The notes: generated by a model from the letters alone, not told the origin. A stretch of DNA of 57,396 nt from an uncultured virus (IMG/VR IMGVR_UViG_3300002835_000040) (IMGVR_UViG_3300002835_000040), one strand, 5' to 3'; counted from the stretch's first letter, positions 1 to 10,127 are shown. Numbers and translations: made by a program.

Positions 1-60
1 ATAATACTTTAAATCGGGTGTAATTTCTTCTTCAAATTTTTCTACTAAAAACATTTTCAT
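1..60 (-). CDS. 5' end of a hypothetical protein running off the window (MKMFLVEKFEEEITPDLKYY...)
   Basis: ATG at 60-58, frame open to the window edge, TATTTAT motif 4 nt upstream. Confidence 0.6.
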   Translation of the reverse strand, partial: MKMFLVEKFEEEITPDLKYY

Positions 61-64
61 ATCT

Positions 65-71
65 ATAAATA
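65..71 (-). promoter_or_regulatory. TATTTAT putative late promoter motif
   Basis: Sense-strand TATTTAT 4 nt upstream of the ATG at 60. Confidence 0.55.
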
Positions 72-81
72 TTATGTAAAT

Positions 82-112
82 AAAAAACCCCCACTTTCGT
101 GAGGGTCTTTTT
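82..112 (-). terminator. Intrinsic terminator after the tail sheath gene (possibly bidirectional)
   Basis: ACCCCCAC-TTTC-GTGAGGGT imperfect hairpin flanked by A-run and T-run, about 15 nt past the sheath stop. Confidence 0.7.
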
Positions 113-125
113 AAATTTAAGTTAA

Positions 126-3100
126 TTAGATGTCTTCAAAAGACGCTCCTGTTGGTGTAATTAAGAACTCAATATCAATGAACTCTAATGCTTTAGTTGG
201 TTTGATATAAATCTTACCTACTAATTGGTTAGCATCTAAGTCTTCAGGAGTATTTTGTACTGTTACACGGAAGTCATATAAACCTCTGTCTCTTCTAATA
301 GCATCTAAGATTGGATTAACAGAGTCAAGGAATTGTTGTCTAACTGTATTATCATTTTGTTCAAACAACAATCTGATAGCCACCGCAGAAATCAATTTAC
401 GAGCTTGTAATAACAATCTTCTAACGTTAATTCTGTCTAATGCTGATTCAGCAATTTGAAGAGTTTTGTTACCCCAAATGACAGTTCCAACGTCGTTGAA
501 AGTTGCGATTGGGTTAATTCTTCCTTTGTAAAGAGTGTCTCTATCTTCTTGAGTTAATCTCTTTCTAGCTCTAACCGCATTTACAATACCTCTTGTGTAA
601 CCCGCAGTTGCAAACCATGGGAACGCTATGTTATCAGTTAACGCTAAGTTTCTTGTAACTTCAGCAGTTGCTGGAATATAGATTTGAGTGTTATTTACTG
701 TATCACGAGTAAGAACCCATGGATAGTAAGTTGCTGTGTAGTTAGAGTCAATTCCTGTTTGTTCTAAACTATCAACCGCTTCTTGTGGGTAAATTAAATT
801 ATCCATCGAAGTTGAGTTTTGTAATAGGTTAAAGTCAGGAGTTGTACAAACATAGATTGAATCCGCTCTTTCGTTTGTAATCATATCAATTGCAGATTCA
901 ACTAATCCACTATTATTAACATAATCAACACCAGGTGTTACAAGAACATTGATGTTTGTTACCTCAGGATTAGCAAAAGTTCTAATACCTAACAAGTATG
1001 CGTAATAGTCGGTGTTTGCGTAATCAATTGTGCCGTCTTCAATAGTGATAATTTTAAATGAACCCCATCCTGTTGATGTTGGATATGGTGCTTGTGGACA
1101 AAAACCAGCTCTAAATTTAGTCTGCCCAAGAGCGTAAGAATCATCATTTGTTCTTCTTTCATCGTAGATATCCCATCCGTCAAAACCACCTTGTACTAAG
1201 AAACTAAACTTTCTTGAGTATAGGAAGTAATATGGATTAGTTGAATCTGTTGGTTCAGAACTAAATGAACCATCACCAACTTCAAATTGTGTAACACCAC
1301 TTACCGTTACAACAGTTGCCCCACTATCCATGTGGAAACCTTTTGTTGTGTTTGGCCAGTTGTTGTAACTACCTTCTTCACACAAATCACCAACAGGTCT
1401 TTGTTTTCCTTTATAGTCGAAGAAATCTGCGTCAACACCTACTGAAGATGAAATACCTAAATAAGTTCTTCTTTTATTATCACCAGGACTAGTTACTGCA
1501 TTATCACCACCTGTAGAACTACCAAATGGAGGATTCGCAATTACTTCACCAGGGATTGCATAGTGTGTTTTATAGACAGGGAAAGGAGATGTACCATTAG
1601 TATAACTTCTTGTTATAAAACCTTCAAATCCACAAGGAAGAGCGTCTAACGGAGCTTCTTCATTCATTTCTAACATAATATATTTAGAAAGAATTGCGTA
1701 TTCACCGTCGATAGAACCTACCTTCTTAGCCACAAAACTGTTATTTGTAGCATCTAATGTACAATTAGTGAATTTCTCAATAACTGATGGGTTAGCATCT
1801 GTATCATAGAAATCTCTAACTATCAAGTCAAATGTTCCATTGTTAAATGAGATATTTGCAATAGAAACCTTAACTTCTCTGTTTGCGGCATTTCCATCAG
1901 GAATGGTATAAACACGGAATAATTTATAAACTAAATTACCTCTAAGTTCAGAAACAACCCAAGGAGATGAAGGTGTTTGGTATCTCTCTAAATAGAAACC
2001 AGTTGTATCAGTATTTGTTGAAGTTCTTGCATCACCTAAAGAAATAAAATTATTAGCGTTTAATCCACGAATAAATCCTTGATTATATCCATAATCCAAC
2101 ATTGTTGAATATCTTTCTTCAACAAACAAAGGAACTTCAGTTCTGTCTTTAGCGAAATTTGACACACCAAACACACTACTAATATAGTTAGCTTGTGATG
2201 TTGCAAATGATGTCTCAAAACTAAACGTGTCGTTTTCATAAGTTCTACCTGAAATCAAGAAAGTAGCATAAGGATTTTGACTTATTCCTGAATAACTACC
2301 TGTACCAATCATTGTTACATCAGAAGTACCTGTCACTTGATATTGTGGTCCGTGTAAGGTTGATGAATATTGAGTAATACCTCTTGAACGTAAAGTTGCA
2401 ACAACAAGATTGTTATATCCTGAATAACTTGTTCCCGAGAATCCGTAATAAAAACCTGATACCGTACCTGTAAATGAGCCTGCAACTCCGTAAGCGGTTC
2501 CCGATAAAGAAGAAACATTTGTGTAATATGAATTACCATAATATGCGTTACCGTTAGCGGGTGGAACAAAATTAGCATAGAACCAAGCGTCATTTGTACC
2601 CGAACAATAATCAATAGTTGTTGATGTAATACTATTAACACCAAATACATTAGTTGAAGCCGTTAATCCAGCAACAATATTTGCAGTTGCTTGAGTACCT
2701 GAAACTGGACCAAAATAATAAGCCGAAGTTCCTGATGTACTATTAGTAACTAAAATACTATGTAATTGTGTTTGTAAGTCGCCTAAAATTGTAGATGTTC
2801 CACCATCAAATTGTGTGTAACCATTAGTATAATATGTGTTTCCACTTATTACACTTGGAACCGCTGAGGTAAATTGTACAGATGTTGTTGAAGCAGTTGA
2901 ACCTGTGAAATCAATAGAGAAAGATGTTCCTCCTGTTATTCCAACTGTACTGCAATTAACATTTGCAACTGTGGTTATTGACCAAGACGGTCCTGCATCA
3001 TAACCTGATAGACCTAAAATTCTTGTTACATACAATTGGTTAGATTGTTGTAGATATGATTTAGCAATATATGCCGCCTCATATTTTGGGATTTGTGTAT

Positions 3101-3305
3101 TCACAAATTTTTCAGGTAACGTACCTCCAAAATAAGTTTGGAATTCATCATAATTAGTGATGAATATAGGTTCAAATGCGGGACCCTTAAGAGTTTCACC
3201 CACAATACCTAAAGTAGTTACACCAACACTTTGTGAAACAAAAGATAAATCTCTCTCTGAGGTATAAACACCTGGAGAAACGAATACTTTGTTTGCTGTA
3301 GCCAT
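126..3305 (-). CDS. Contractile tail sheath protein (T4 gp18-like) with S/T/G-rich insertion
   Basis: N-terminal SPGVYTSERDLS and GETLKGPAFEP; C-terminal WFATAGYTRG, LYKGRINPI, IWGNKTLQ, LDRINVRRLLL, IYIKPTKALEFI. Confidence 0.95.
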   Translation of the reverse strand: MATANKVFVSPGVYTSERDLSFVSQSVGVTTLGIVGETLKGPAFEPIFITNYDEFQTYFGGTLPEKFVNTQIPKYEAAYIAKSYLQQSNQLYVTRILGLSGYDAGPSWSITTVANVNCSTVGITGGTSFSIDFTGSTASTTSVQFTSAVPSVISGNTYYTNGYTQFDGGTSTILGDLQTQLHSILVTNSTSGTSAYYFGPVSGTQATANIVAGLTASTNVFGVNSITSTTIDYCSGTNDAWFYANFVPPANGNAYYGNSYYTNVSSLSGTAYGVAGSFTGTVSGFYYGFSGTSYSGYNNLVVATLRSRGITQYSSTLHGPQYQVTGTSDVTMIGTGSYSGISQNPYATFLISGRTYENDTFSFETSFATSQANYISSVFGVSNFAKDRTEVPLFVEERYSTMLDYGYNQGFIRGLNANNFISLGDARTSTNTDTTGFYLERYQTPSSPWVVSELRGNLVYKLFRVYTIPDGNAANREVKVSIANISFNNGTFDLIVRDFYDTDANPSVIEKFTNCTLDATNNSFVAKKVGSIDGEYAILSKYIMLEMNEEAPLDALPCGFEGFITRSYTNGTSPFPVYKTHYAIPGEVIANPPFGSSTGGDNAVTSPGDNKRRTYLGISSSVGVDADFFDYKGKQRPVGDLCEEGSYNNWPNTTKGFHMDSGATVVTVSGVTQFEVGDGSFSSEPTDSTNPYYFLYSRKFSFLVQGGFDGWDIYDERRTNDDSYALGQTKFRAGFCPQAPYPTSTGWGSFKIITIEDGTIDYANTDYYAYLLGIRTFANPEVTNINVLVTPGVDYVNNSGLVESAIDMITNERADSIYVCTTPDFNLLQNSTSMDNLIYPQEAVDSLEQTGIDSNYTATYYPWVLTRDTVNNTQIYIPATAEVTRNLALTDNIAFPWFATAGYTRGIVNAVRARKRLTQEDRDTLYKGRINPIATFNDVGTVIWGNKTLQIAESALDRINVRRLLLQARKLISAVAIRLLFEQNDNTVRQQFLDSVNPILDAIRRDRGLYDFRVTVQNTPEDLDANQLVGKIYIKPTKALEFIDIEFLITPTGASFEDI

Positions 3306-3338
3306 TTTTTAATTTAATTGTTTAAAATTTATTTATTG

Positions 3339-3345
3339 ATAAATA
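3339..3345 (-). promoter_or_regulatory. TATTTAT putative late promoter motif (sheath)
   Basis: 33 nt upstream of the sheath ATG, sense orientation. Confidence 0.55.
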
Positions 3346-3387
3346 TTCTATAAAACTTGAAAAACTATTGGTCTAAAGAACTATTTA

Positions 3388-3573
3388 TTGATTAGTAAGA
3401 ATAAAATCTTACTTTTTTCTACCTTGAAAATAAAGAACCTTAAGATATCTGAAGAATCACATTTGTTGTTAAAAAAACATTGCTTAAAACATGGATTGAA
3501 AATTCATAGGTTTATTGAAAAACTTATTGAATTAAATTGTTCGGAAAAAAAAGATATCTACGGAGAAAATTAA
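3388..3573 (+). CDS. Small ribbon-helix-helix-like DNA-binding protein (start may be TTG at 3424)
   Basis: KIKNLKISEESHLLLKKHC...IHRFIEKLI fits a strand-helix-helix pattern; TATTTAT at 3382-3388. Confidence 0.5.
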   Translation: MISKNKILLFSTLKIKNLKISEESHLLLKKHCLKHGLKIHRFIEKLIELNCSEKKDIYGEN

Positions 3574-4622
3574 ATCAGTATTGATTCAAGTTGGAAATTA
3601 GATTGTAAAGAATTATTTGTCTTAATAATCTGAATAGTTAAAACATCATTTGTATTAATCTGTATTTCTCCCGTAATAAGTTGTTGTATATCCGTCCCAT
3701 AAAAAAGACCATTAATATACATTGAGTATGATGTTATATTTTCAGAATCAATTAGTTTAATATTTGTTGTATACTCAAATGTTTGGGTATACGCCGTAGT
3801 ACCAACAGGAAATAAAATATCTAAAGGTATTCTATTAGGGTTTGGTGGTATTTTGTTAACTCTTCTTTTTGTTTTTCTTGGAGCAACTTCCATAAGTAAT
3901 AAAGACCTACTTACCGCAGGTTTAACTTCAAATTCATTTTCATCAATTAAAAATCCTTGTAAAGTAAAAGAATAACTTTGGATATAATATCTACGTTTTT
4001 CTAAATCCATAACTGACTCGTCAGAAACTTCGTCAAGTTGTATTGGAATATAGTGACCTTTAATTTGTGTGTAAGCTTGTCTTGATGAAAATTTTTCAAT
4101 TATAACCTGATTGAACTTATTTAATTCTCTCATTCTGTTACAAATAATTTTAACAGAATATTTTATATCAACAGGAACAGGTTGAGGTATTGTATAAATG
4201 TCCATACCTTTTCTTTGTCCATCCCATGTTGGAACTGCTGCGTAGTAATACTGTTTTCTGTTTGGGATATTATATTTTAATGACGGTATTGTCCCAAATT
4301 TAACTTCAGGAGTTCTTATTGTAGTAATAAATGGAGGTTGAACATTCTTGTCGATATTATTAAAATCCCAAGTTTGAGTAAATTGAGACCAGTTTTGAGT
4401 GGTCATCAATATATCCACAACTTTAATATCTTTACCTGAAACTGAAGTTCTCAAATCGTTTTTAACAAACTCTAAAAACCCACCATCTAAATCTTCATGT
4501 AATAATGATTTAGGCAAATATGTACCATCCCTATTGATATCCTCAAGAAGTTGTTCTCTTCGTTCATAACCAACAGGTGGGTATGTAAGTGGTAACTTTT
4601 TTTTAATTTTTGGTAATGCCAT
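3570..4622 (-). CDS. Tail completion/terminator-like virion protein (T4 gp15-like)
   Basis: PQPVPVDIKYSVKIIC segment resembles the gp15 PVP-x-(N/D)-x-x-(F/Y) core; lies between neck and sheath genes. Confidence 0.55.
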   Translation of the reverse strand: MALPKIKKKLPLTYPPVGYERREQLLEDINRDGTYLPKSLLHEDLDGGFLEFVKNDLRTSVSGKDIKVVDILMTTQNWSQFTQTWDFNNIDKNVQPPFITTIRTPEVKFGTIPSLKYNIPNRKQYYYAAVPTWDGQRKGMDIYTIPQPVPVDIKYSVKIICNRMRELNKFNQVIIEKFSSRQAYTQIKGHYIPIQLDEVSDESVMDLEKRRYYIQSYSFTLQGFLIDENEFEVKPAVSRSLLLMEVAPRKTKRRVNKIPPNPNRIPLDILFPVGTTAYTQTFEYTTNIKLIDSENITSYSMYINGLFYGTDIQQLITGEIQINTNDVLTIQIIKTNNSLQSNFQLESILI

Positions 4623-4780
4623 TATTTTTCTTCATTATTATTACCACATTTATGACAAATATATGGGTCGTTTCCTCCGTCAGATAAATCCCAAGACCAT
4701 CCACAATTACAAATCACCCTACCATCTTGTATTGATTCAACAATCATTTTTAATTGTTCTTTAGAAATAATAATTTTCAT
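4622..4780 (-). CDS. 52-aa protein missing from the ORF track: leader MKIIISKEQLKMIVE plus CxC...CxxC zinc ribbon
   Basis: Translates as MKIIISKEQLKMIVESIQDGRVICNCGWSWDLSDGGNDPYICHKCGNNNEEK*; fills the gap exactly and is coupled to the next gene by TAATG. Confidence 0.8.
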   Translation of the reverse strand: MKIIISKEQLKMIVESIQDGRVICNCGWSWDLSDGGNDPYICHKCGNNNEEK

Positions 4781-4781
4781 T

Positions 4782-5297
4782 TTATAATCCTCTAAATTCG
4801 TTTTCCATAACAGGAGATGCGTTTATTGTTCTATAAAATGGTTTGTACCCTGCGTATGTATGCTTATTATCTGAAACAACACGACCATCATTATTAACTA
4901 CATAATATCTCACTTGAGTTTCAGTTTCATAATATCCAATATAATCGCCAAGTTCTATGTCAATTTCTAATTCATCTAAATGTTTTTGATAAACTGAAAT
5001 TCTTGCATTACCCGGTTCCATTTGATTAATCTTACTTGAACCAAGAAATTTATTTTCAGGGGCAACAATTTGTAGATAAGCTTTAAACTCAATAGGTGGT
5101 AAAAATTTAATACCATCAACGGAAGCCTCACCATACACATCATCAACATTTGTCTTCTGTTTGTCAACACGATATAGTACAAGAGTGAAGTTCATATCCC
5201 CTTCTAACCACTCTCTACCCATACTAATATCTAAGCTATAATCTTCCGCTCCGAAAAATTTACCTAATCTTGTTATTGGAACTATTCTATTTGACAT
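4782..5297 (-). CDS. Neck/head-completion protein (T4 gp14-like); start revised to ATG 5297
   Basis: LYRVD...DDVYGEA...KFLPPIEFKAY resembles gp14-type neck proteins; TATTTAT 4 nt upstream of ATG 5297. Confidence 0.6.
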   Translation of the reverse strand: MSNRIVPITRLGKFFGAEDYSLDISMGREWLEGDMNFTLVLYRVDKQKTNVDDVYGEASVDGIKFLPPIEFKAYLQIVAPENKFLGSSKINQMEPGNARISVYQKHLDELEIDIELGDYIGYYETETQVRYYVVNNDGRVVSDNKHTYAGYKPFYRTINASPVMENEFRGL

Positions 5298-5301
5298 ATT
5301 G

Positions 5302-5308
5302 ATAAATA
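5302..5308 (-). promoter_or_regulatory. TATTTAT putative late promoter motif
   Basis: 4 nt upstream of ATG 5297. Confidence 0.55.
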
Positions 5309-5354
5309 TTTCTTTTTTGATTATTATTATAGTTGTATAGTTAATTAAAATAAT

Positions 5355-7115
5355 TTGACAACTTCTACAGGACATTTAAGTATTGAACAACAAGCAATAT
5401 CCATTCTTGAAAATTATCAGGGGTCAAATAACTATATCCTTAAGTTAAAGAAACAAATTGAGTCAAATAAAAAGTATCTCCCAACGAGAGCTCAATGTGA
5501 TTATGTGATTGACTTCAATTCAGTAGTTCCAAAAGTTGCTAAAAAATGGGTTGAGATTGACTCATACTTTTCTCAAAAACTTGTTGCCGACAATCCTTTT
5601 ATTAAAGAACCTGATAAAATCTATGTTGAAAAGATTTTAATTGAGAAAGATAAATCATATCACATTTGGGGTAAGATTTTTAGTGGTGAGACTATTCACG
5701 ATTTTTGGATACCTAAAGCTGCAGTTATTAAACAACACACCGAAAACTTGGTTGATGTTGATTACACAAAATATGAAAACCGACCACCACTTGCCCACCA
5801 AAAAGAAGCCATAGAAAAATTATTAAAAAACGATAAGTTCATTTTAGCCGATGACATGGGACTTGGTAAAACAACAAGTACCGTTATCGCTTCGTTAGAA
5901 AGTGGAGCTAATAAAGTATTAATTATTTGTCCAGCATCACTTAAGATAAATTGGGAAAGGGAAATTAGAAACTATACTGATAAAACAATTTACATATGTG
6001 AAGGTAAAAAGTATGAACAGGCTGATTATGTAATTCTTAATTACGACATACTTAAAAACTTCCACGACCCAAAAGATAAATTAAACTCAATAATCCTTAA
6101 TTCAAAATTTGATTTGGTTGTTATTGATGAAGCGCATTATGTTTCAAACGCTCAAGCTCAGAGAACAAAGATTATAATGGATGTAACCAAAGACATTAAA
6201 AAACTTTGGTTATTGACGGGAACACCAATGACTTCTCGTCCTATGAATTATTATAATATTTTGAAACTTATTGATAGCCCTGTAAGTCAAAACTGGCAAG
6301 CATACGCAATTAGATATTGTGGTGGTTATCAGTTTAGAGTTGGTGGTAAAAAGATTTGGAATGTAACAGGAGCATCTAATTTAGAAGAATTAAGAGAACG
6401 AACTTCTCGTCAAATTTTAAGAAGATTAAAAACTGAAGTTTTGGATTTACCTGAAAAAATTATGACACCTGTTTACCTCCGTTTAAAATCAAGATTATAC
6501 GAAGGGTTGATGGGTGAGTATTATGATTGGTATAACAACAGACAAGACGAATCAAAATCGTTATCGGTTCAGTTCACAAAACTTATGAAAGTAAGACAAG
6601 TTATTGCCGAAGAAAAAATACCAATTACAATTGAACTTGCCGAAAACATTATTGAGCAAGGCAAAAAAGTTATTATCTTCAGTAACTTCACAGAACCTTT
6701 AAAAAAGATACACGAACATTTTGGTAAGAAATCTGTTTATTTAGATGGTTCAACATCTAAACCTGCAAGACAAGATGCGGTTGATAAGTTCCAAGAGAGT
6801 GATAAAATACAAGTTTTTTGTGGTAACATGAAAGCTGCAGGTGTCGGATTAACTCTTACGGCAGGTGAAGCCGTTATTATGAATGACTTATCATTTGTTC
6901 CCGCAGAACATAGTCAGGCGGAAGACAGAGCTTACAGATACGGACAAAAAAATTCAGTTTCAATATATTACCCACTATTTGAAAATACGATTGAAGGTGT
7001 TATCTACGACATTCTTATAAAGAAGAAACAAATTATTGGTACGGTTATGGGTGATATAGATGAAAATTCTGTAGATATTGTTGAACAAATACTTAACGAA
7101 ATCAATAGTAAGTAA
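5355..7115 (+). CDS. SNF2-family helicase/ATPase (HARP/SMARCAL1-like)
   Basis: ILADDMGLGKT (Walker A), IICPASL, IDEAH, LTGTP, GVGLTLT, QAEDRAYRYGQ. Confidence 0.93.
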   Translation: MTTSTGHLSIEQQAISILENYQGSNNYILKLKKQIESNKKYLPTRAQCDYVIDFNSVVPKVAKKWVEIDSYFSQKLVADNPFIKEPDKIYVEKILIEKDKSYHIWGKIFSGETIHDFWIPKAAVIKQHTENLVDVDYTKYENRPPLAHQKEAIEKLLKNDKFILADDMGLGKTTSTVIASLESGANKVLIICPASLKINWEREIRNYTDKTIYICEGKKYEQADYVILNYDILKNFHDPKDKLNSIILNSKFDLVVIDEAHYVSNAQAQRTKIIMDVTKDIKKLWLLTGTPMTSRPMNYYNILKLIDSPVSQNWQAYAIRYCGGYQFRVGGKKIWNVTGASNLEELRERTSRQILRRLKTEVLDLPEKIMTPVYLRLKSRLYEGLMGEYYDWYNNRQDESKSLSVQFTKLMKVRQVIAEEKIPITIELAENIIEQGKKVIIFSNFTEPLKKIHEHFGKKSVYLDGSTSKPARQDAVDKFQESDKIQVFCGNMKAAGVGLTLTAGEAVIMNDLSFVPAEHSQAEDRAYRYGQKNSVSIYYPLFENTIEGVIYDILIKKKQIIGTVMGDIDENSVDIVEQILNEINSK

Positions 7116-7116
7116 G

Positions 7117-7123
7117 TATTTAT
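7117..7123 (+). promoter_or_regulatory. TATTTAT putative late promoter motif
   Basis: 5 nt upstream of the SOD-fusion ATG. Confidence 0.55.
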
Positions 7124-7128
7124 AATTA

Positions 7129-8634
7129 ATGAAATCGTTAAATTTAGTATCAGAGTCATTAGTTAGTCGTATATTAGGTGAGGAAACTCAACCTGAAACC
7201 AAATTTTTTATTAACGAAATGAAAACCATAGGTATTGATAAATTACCTTATGGTTACGCATCATTAAGAAGATTTATTGACCCTGAAACAATGAAGTTCC
7301 ATTATCAGAAACATTACAAGGGGTATGTAAAAAAATTAAATTCAGCTCTTCGTAAAAAAGATTATGGTGATGTTGAATTGGAGAATATTGTTAAACAAAT
7401 TTCAAAGTATAATACAACAATAAGAAATAACGCAGGTGGAGCATTTAATCATGCATTGTTTTGGAAAATGTTATCACCCACACCACAAAAACCAAGTGGT
7501 GAAGTATTTGAAAAGATTGTTAAACAATATGGGACGTATCGTAACTTCAAAACTAAATTTGAAGAAATCTCAAGAAAAAGATTTGGTTCAGGATGGTGTT
7601 GGTTAGTGTTAACTGATACAGGTAGATTAAAAGTTATGTCCACCTCAAATCAGGACAACCCACTTATGAATATAATAAACAAGGGTGGTTTTCCGTTGTT
7701 AGGTTTGGATTTATGGGAACACGCTTATTATTTAAAATACCAAAACAAAAGAGACGAATATATTGAAAATTTTTGGGAAGTAATCAACTGGGAATTTGTT
7801 AATGAGTTATACAAATCAAAAACTGAAAAAAAATTGAACGAGTCAACTTCACAAAAAAAACTTTTATACGAAAACGTATCTGACTACTCAGATATTTTTA
7901 GTAACAACAAAAATGTTCTTTGGACTTATAGAAGATGTATTGATAATACGTTGAAAAGAGTTTTATCTGATAAATGGCATGAAAACAATCAACACTCTGA
8001 AGGTTCATCTTCAGGTATTTACGACTTAGAACAACCAGGTCGTTCAGTAATTAATAAATTAAATACAAACTATATTGGATTTAAAATTTTAGTTGATGAT
8101 TTGAATGTTGTTCTTACAAAAATAAATAAACCTACATTAAATTTTATTGGTGTGACACCTTCACAACAAGTAGAAGAGATAAATAAATTTTGTTCTTATA
8201 TGGAGTTTTTTGGTGAAAGAATTTTTAAAGGGTCTAAAACTCTTGATAAAATTATGAAACTTTTAAAAAGAACCCATGATAAAGGTGGTCAACTTGAGGA
8301 GTATGTTGCAAAAAAAATCAATCAAGAATTTGGTGAGGGTACAGCAGTTGTAGTTGGTAGTTTAGGTTCAAAAGAGGATTTTGCGGGAACTGATTTAACT
8401 GTTAATTTTGACAACAAAATACAAAATGCTCAAGTAAAACCAATTTTAAGTATGGAAGTAATTGATGGTTTTTATAATATAAAAATCAGAGGGTTTGTTA
8501 AAAAATTTAATACCGACTTGTTAATTTTTTCAAATATTAACAAAGAAGTTTATATTTTTAAAAACAAAACTGTTGCCTTTAGTTCAAGTATGTTTAAAAT
8601 TCCAACACAAGATTTAATTTATACTGTGAATTGA
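7129..8634 (+). CDS. sodA: Fe/Mn superoxide dismutase (Mn-type signature) fused to a C-terminal PD-(D/E)xK-like domain
   Basis: LPYGY, TMKFHYQKHYKGY, NNAGGAFNHALFW, FGSGWCWL, NQDNP, DLWEHAYYLKYQN keep all four metal ligands; an extra ~250 aa carries E...D-x-x-G-x-D...QVK. Confidence 0.85.
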   Translation: MKSLNLVSESLVSRILGEETQPETKFFINEMKTIGIDKLPYGYASLRRFIDPETMKFHYQKHYKGYVKKLNSALRKKDYGDVELENIVKQISKYNTTIRNNAGGAFNHALFWKMLSPTPQKPSGEVFEKIVKQYGTYRNFKTKFEEISRKRFGSGWCWLVLTDTGRLKVMSTSNQDNPLMNIINKGGFPLLGLDLWEHAYYLKYQNKRDEYIENFWEVINWEFVNELYKSKTEKKLNESTSQKKLLYENVSDYSDIFSNNKNVLWTYRRCIDNTLKRVLSDKWHENNQHSEGSSSGIYDLEQPGRSVINKLNTNYIGFKILVDDLNVVLTKINKPTLNFIGVTPSQQVEEINKFCSYMEFFGERIFKGSKTLDKIMKLLKRTHDKGGQLEEYVAKKINQEFGEGTAVVVGSLGSKEDFAGTDLTVNFDNKIQNAQVKPILSMEVIDGFYNIKIRGFVKKFNTDLLIFSNINKEVYIFKNKTVAFSSSMFKIPTQDLIYTVN

Positions 8635-8641
8635 TATTTAT
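8635..8641 (+). promoter_or_regulatory. TATTTAT putative late promoter motif
   Basis: TGATATTTAT directly after the upstream stop, 16 nt before the neck gene ATG. Confidence 0.55.
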
Positions 8642-8657
8642 ATAGAAATATCACTTC

Positions 8658-9788
8658 ATGAATACAATAATCGCAGAACCATACAGAAGTCAACTATATA
8701 CAAAAGTTAGACACGTATTAGGAGCTCCAATTCGTTCAATTGAATTAGAAGATGAACAAATGGACTCAATCTTAGAATTTTCTATCGGGGACTATTCCCA
8801 ATATGTTCAAGATTGGTTAATTGAATCACAATGGACTTCATTATACAATTTAAATTTAGACACACAATCTTTATCAAGAGCATTCGTAACTAAGAGTTTA
8901 GATTACGAAAACAGATACGCACAAGCATACTCTAAAATAGTTGGTTTACAATCATCCCCACTTGGTGATTGGGAACTTAAAAAAGATTTTATTACATTAG
9001 TCCCAAACCAACAGATTTATGAAATTCCTGCAGGTCGTGAAATTAATGAATTACTATGGTTCACACCAGCAACTCTAAACAACGTATTATTTGACCCATG
9101 GAGTTTTGGAGCATTAGGTGGTACAGGTATAGGTGGACCTGGCGGTTTTGCTCAAATGGGAGGTTCAGGTTCTTACTTTATGATGCCGGCATTTGACATG
9201 TTATTAAGAATGCAAGAAATTAATATCCAAAGAAGAATTATTGGAGGTGATTTAACTTATAGAATTACAGGGTTACCTAATGGTAAAAAAGCAATTCATT
9301 TAATGCAAACACCGGGTGGTAAATTTGATTTTGGTAATGCGTCATTAAACCATCATCAAGTTTGGTATTGGTATTATGATGTTGGTCCTGAGGATAGAGA
9401 CGCTTGTTTAGCTGCAAACCCTGATATTATCAAACTTCCTTCAGATGTACCAATTAACGCAATTGCTTGGGCTGATTTAAATGAACCGGCACAACAGTGG
9501 GTTAGAAGATATTTTGTTGCAGGATGTAAAGAAACATTATCAAAAGTTAGAGGAAAATATTCGGGTAACTTAAAGACACCTGACTCTGAGTTAACTATGG
9601 ATTACGCCACTTTAGCAACTGAAGGTAAAGATGAAAAAACAAAATTGATTGAGGAATTAATTGGTGCCGATGGTAGATTAACAAGATTAAGACCTGAAAA
9701 AATAATGGAACGAGAAGCGTTAATTGCTGAAAATCTTAACAAACAAATGAAGTTTAGAGCGTTCCCAAGAAATCTATATGTTATTTAA
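8658..9788 (+). CDS. Neck/head-completion protein (T4 gp13-like)
   Basis: LGAPIRSIELEDEQM resembles the gp13 N-terminus; C-terminal KETLSKVRGKYSG...EGKDEKTKLIEEL. Confidence 0.8.
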   Translation: MNTIIAEPYRSQLYTKVRHVLGAPIRSIELEDEQMDSILEFSIGDYSQYVQDWLIESQWTSLYNLNLDTQSLSRAFVTKSLDYENRYAQAYSKIVGLQSSPLGDWELKKDFITLVPNQQIYEIPAGREINELLWFTPATLNNVLFDPWSFGALGGTGIGGPGGFAQMGGSGSYFMMPAFDMLLRMQEINIQRRIIGGDLTYRITGLPNGKKAIHLMQTPGGKFDFGNASLNHHQVWYWYYDVGPEDRDACLAANPDIIKLPSDVPINAIAWADLNEPAQQWVRRYFVAGCKETLSKVRGKYSGNLKTPDSELTMDYATLATEGKDEKTKLIEELIGADGRLTRLRPEKIMEREALIAENLNKQMKFRAFPRNLYVI

Positions 9789-9791
9789 ATT

Positions 9792-10127
9792 ATGAGTATA
9801 CAAAAATCAATTCCGATGAAACGTGTTATCGGGGAAGAAGTTTTATTAACATCACAAGTTTGTATGATATCTGATGAGATATACACAACTGAAGGTGAAT
9901 CAGTGATTATTACAAAAGAGTTAGGATTAATCGAAGTTATTTTAAATCACAAAAATACTGACCACGTAATAGTAAAAGCTCTTACAAATACAAAAATCAA
10001 ACCCATTGAGGGTTTGATTGATGAAGAGTATAGTGAAATTAATATTGAAAAAGGTGCTTGTGTTGAACTATATTACGCATTTGGTTCGTGGTTTATAGTT
10101 TCGTCAGACGGGTTGAAACAGTCTTAG
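9792..10127 (+). CDS. Hypothetical protein, possibly structural
   Basis: 111-aa ORF 3 nt after the neck gene; beta-rich C-terminus GACVELYYAFGSWFIVS. Confidence 0.6.
   Translation: MSIQKSIPMKRVIGEEVLLTSQVCMISDEIYTTEGESVIITKELGLIEVILNHKNTDHVIVKALTNTKIKPIEGLIDEEYSEINIEKGACVELYYAFGSWFIVSSDGLKQS

Noticed and set aside
126..3305. Sheath and spike as part of a T6SS, eCIS or tailocin
   Set aside because: Capsid, portal, terminase, protease and polymerase genes are present, so this is a complete phage
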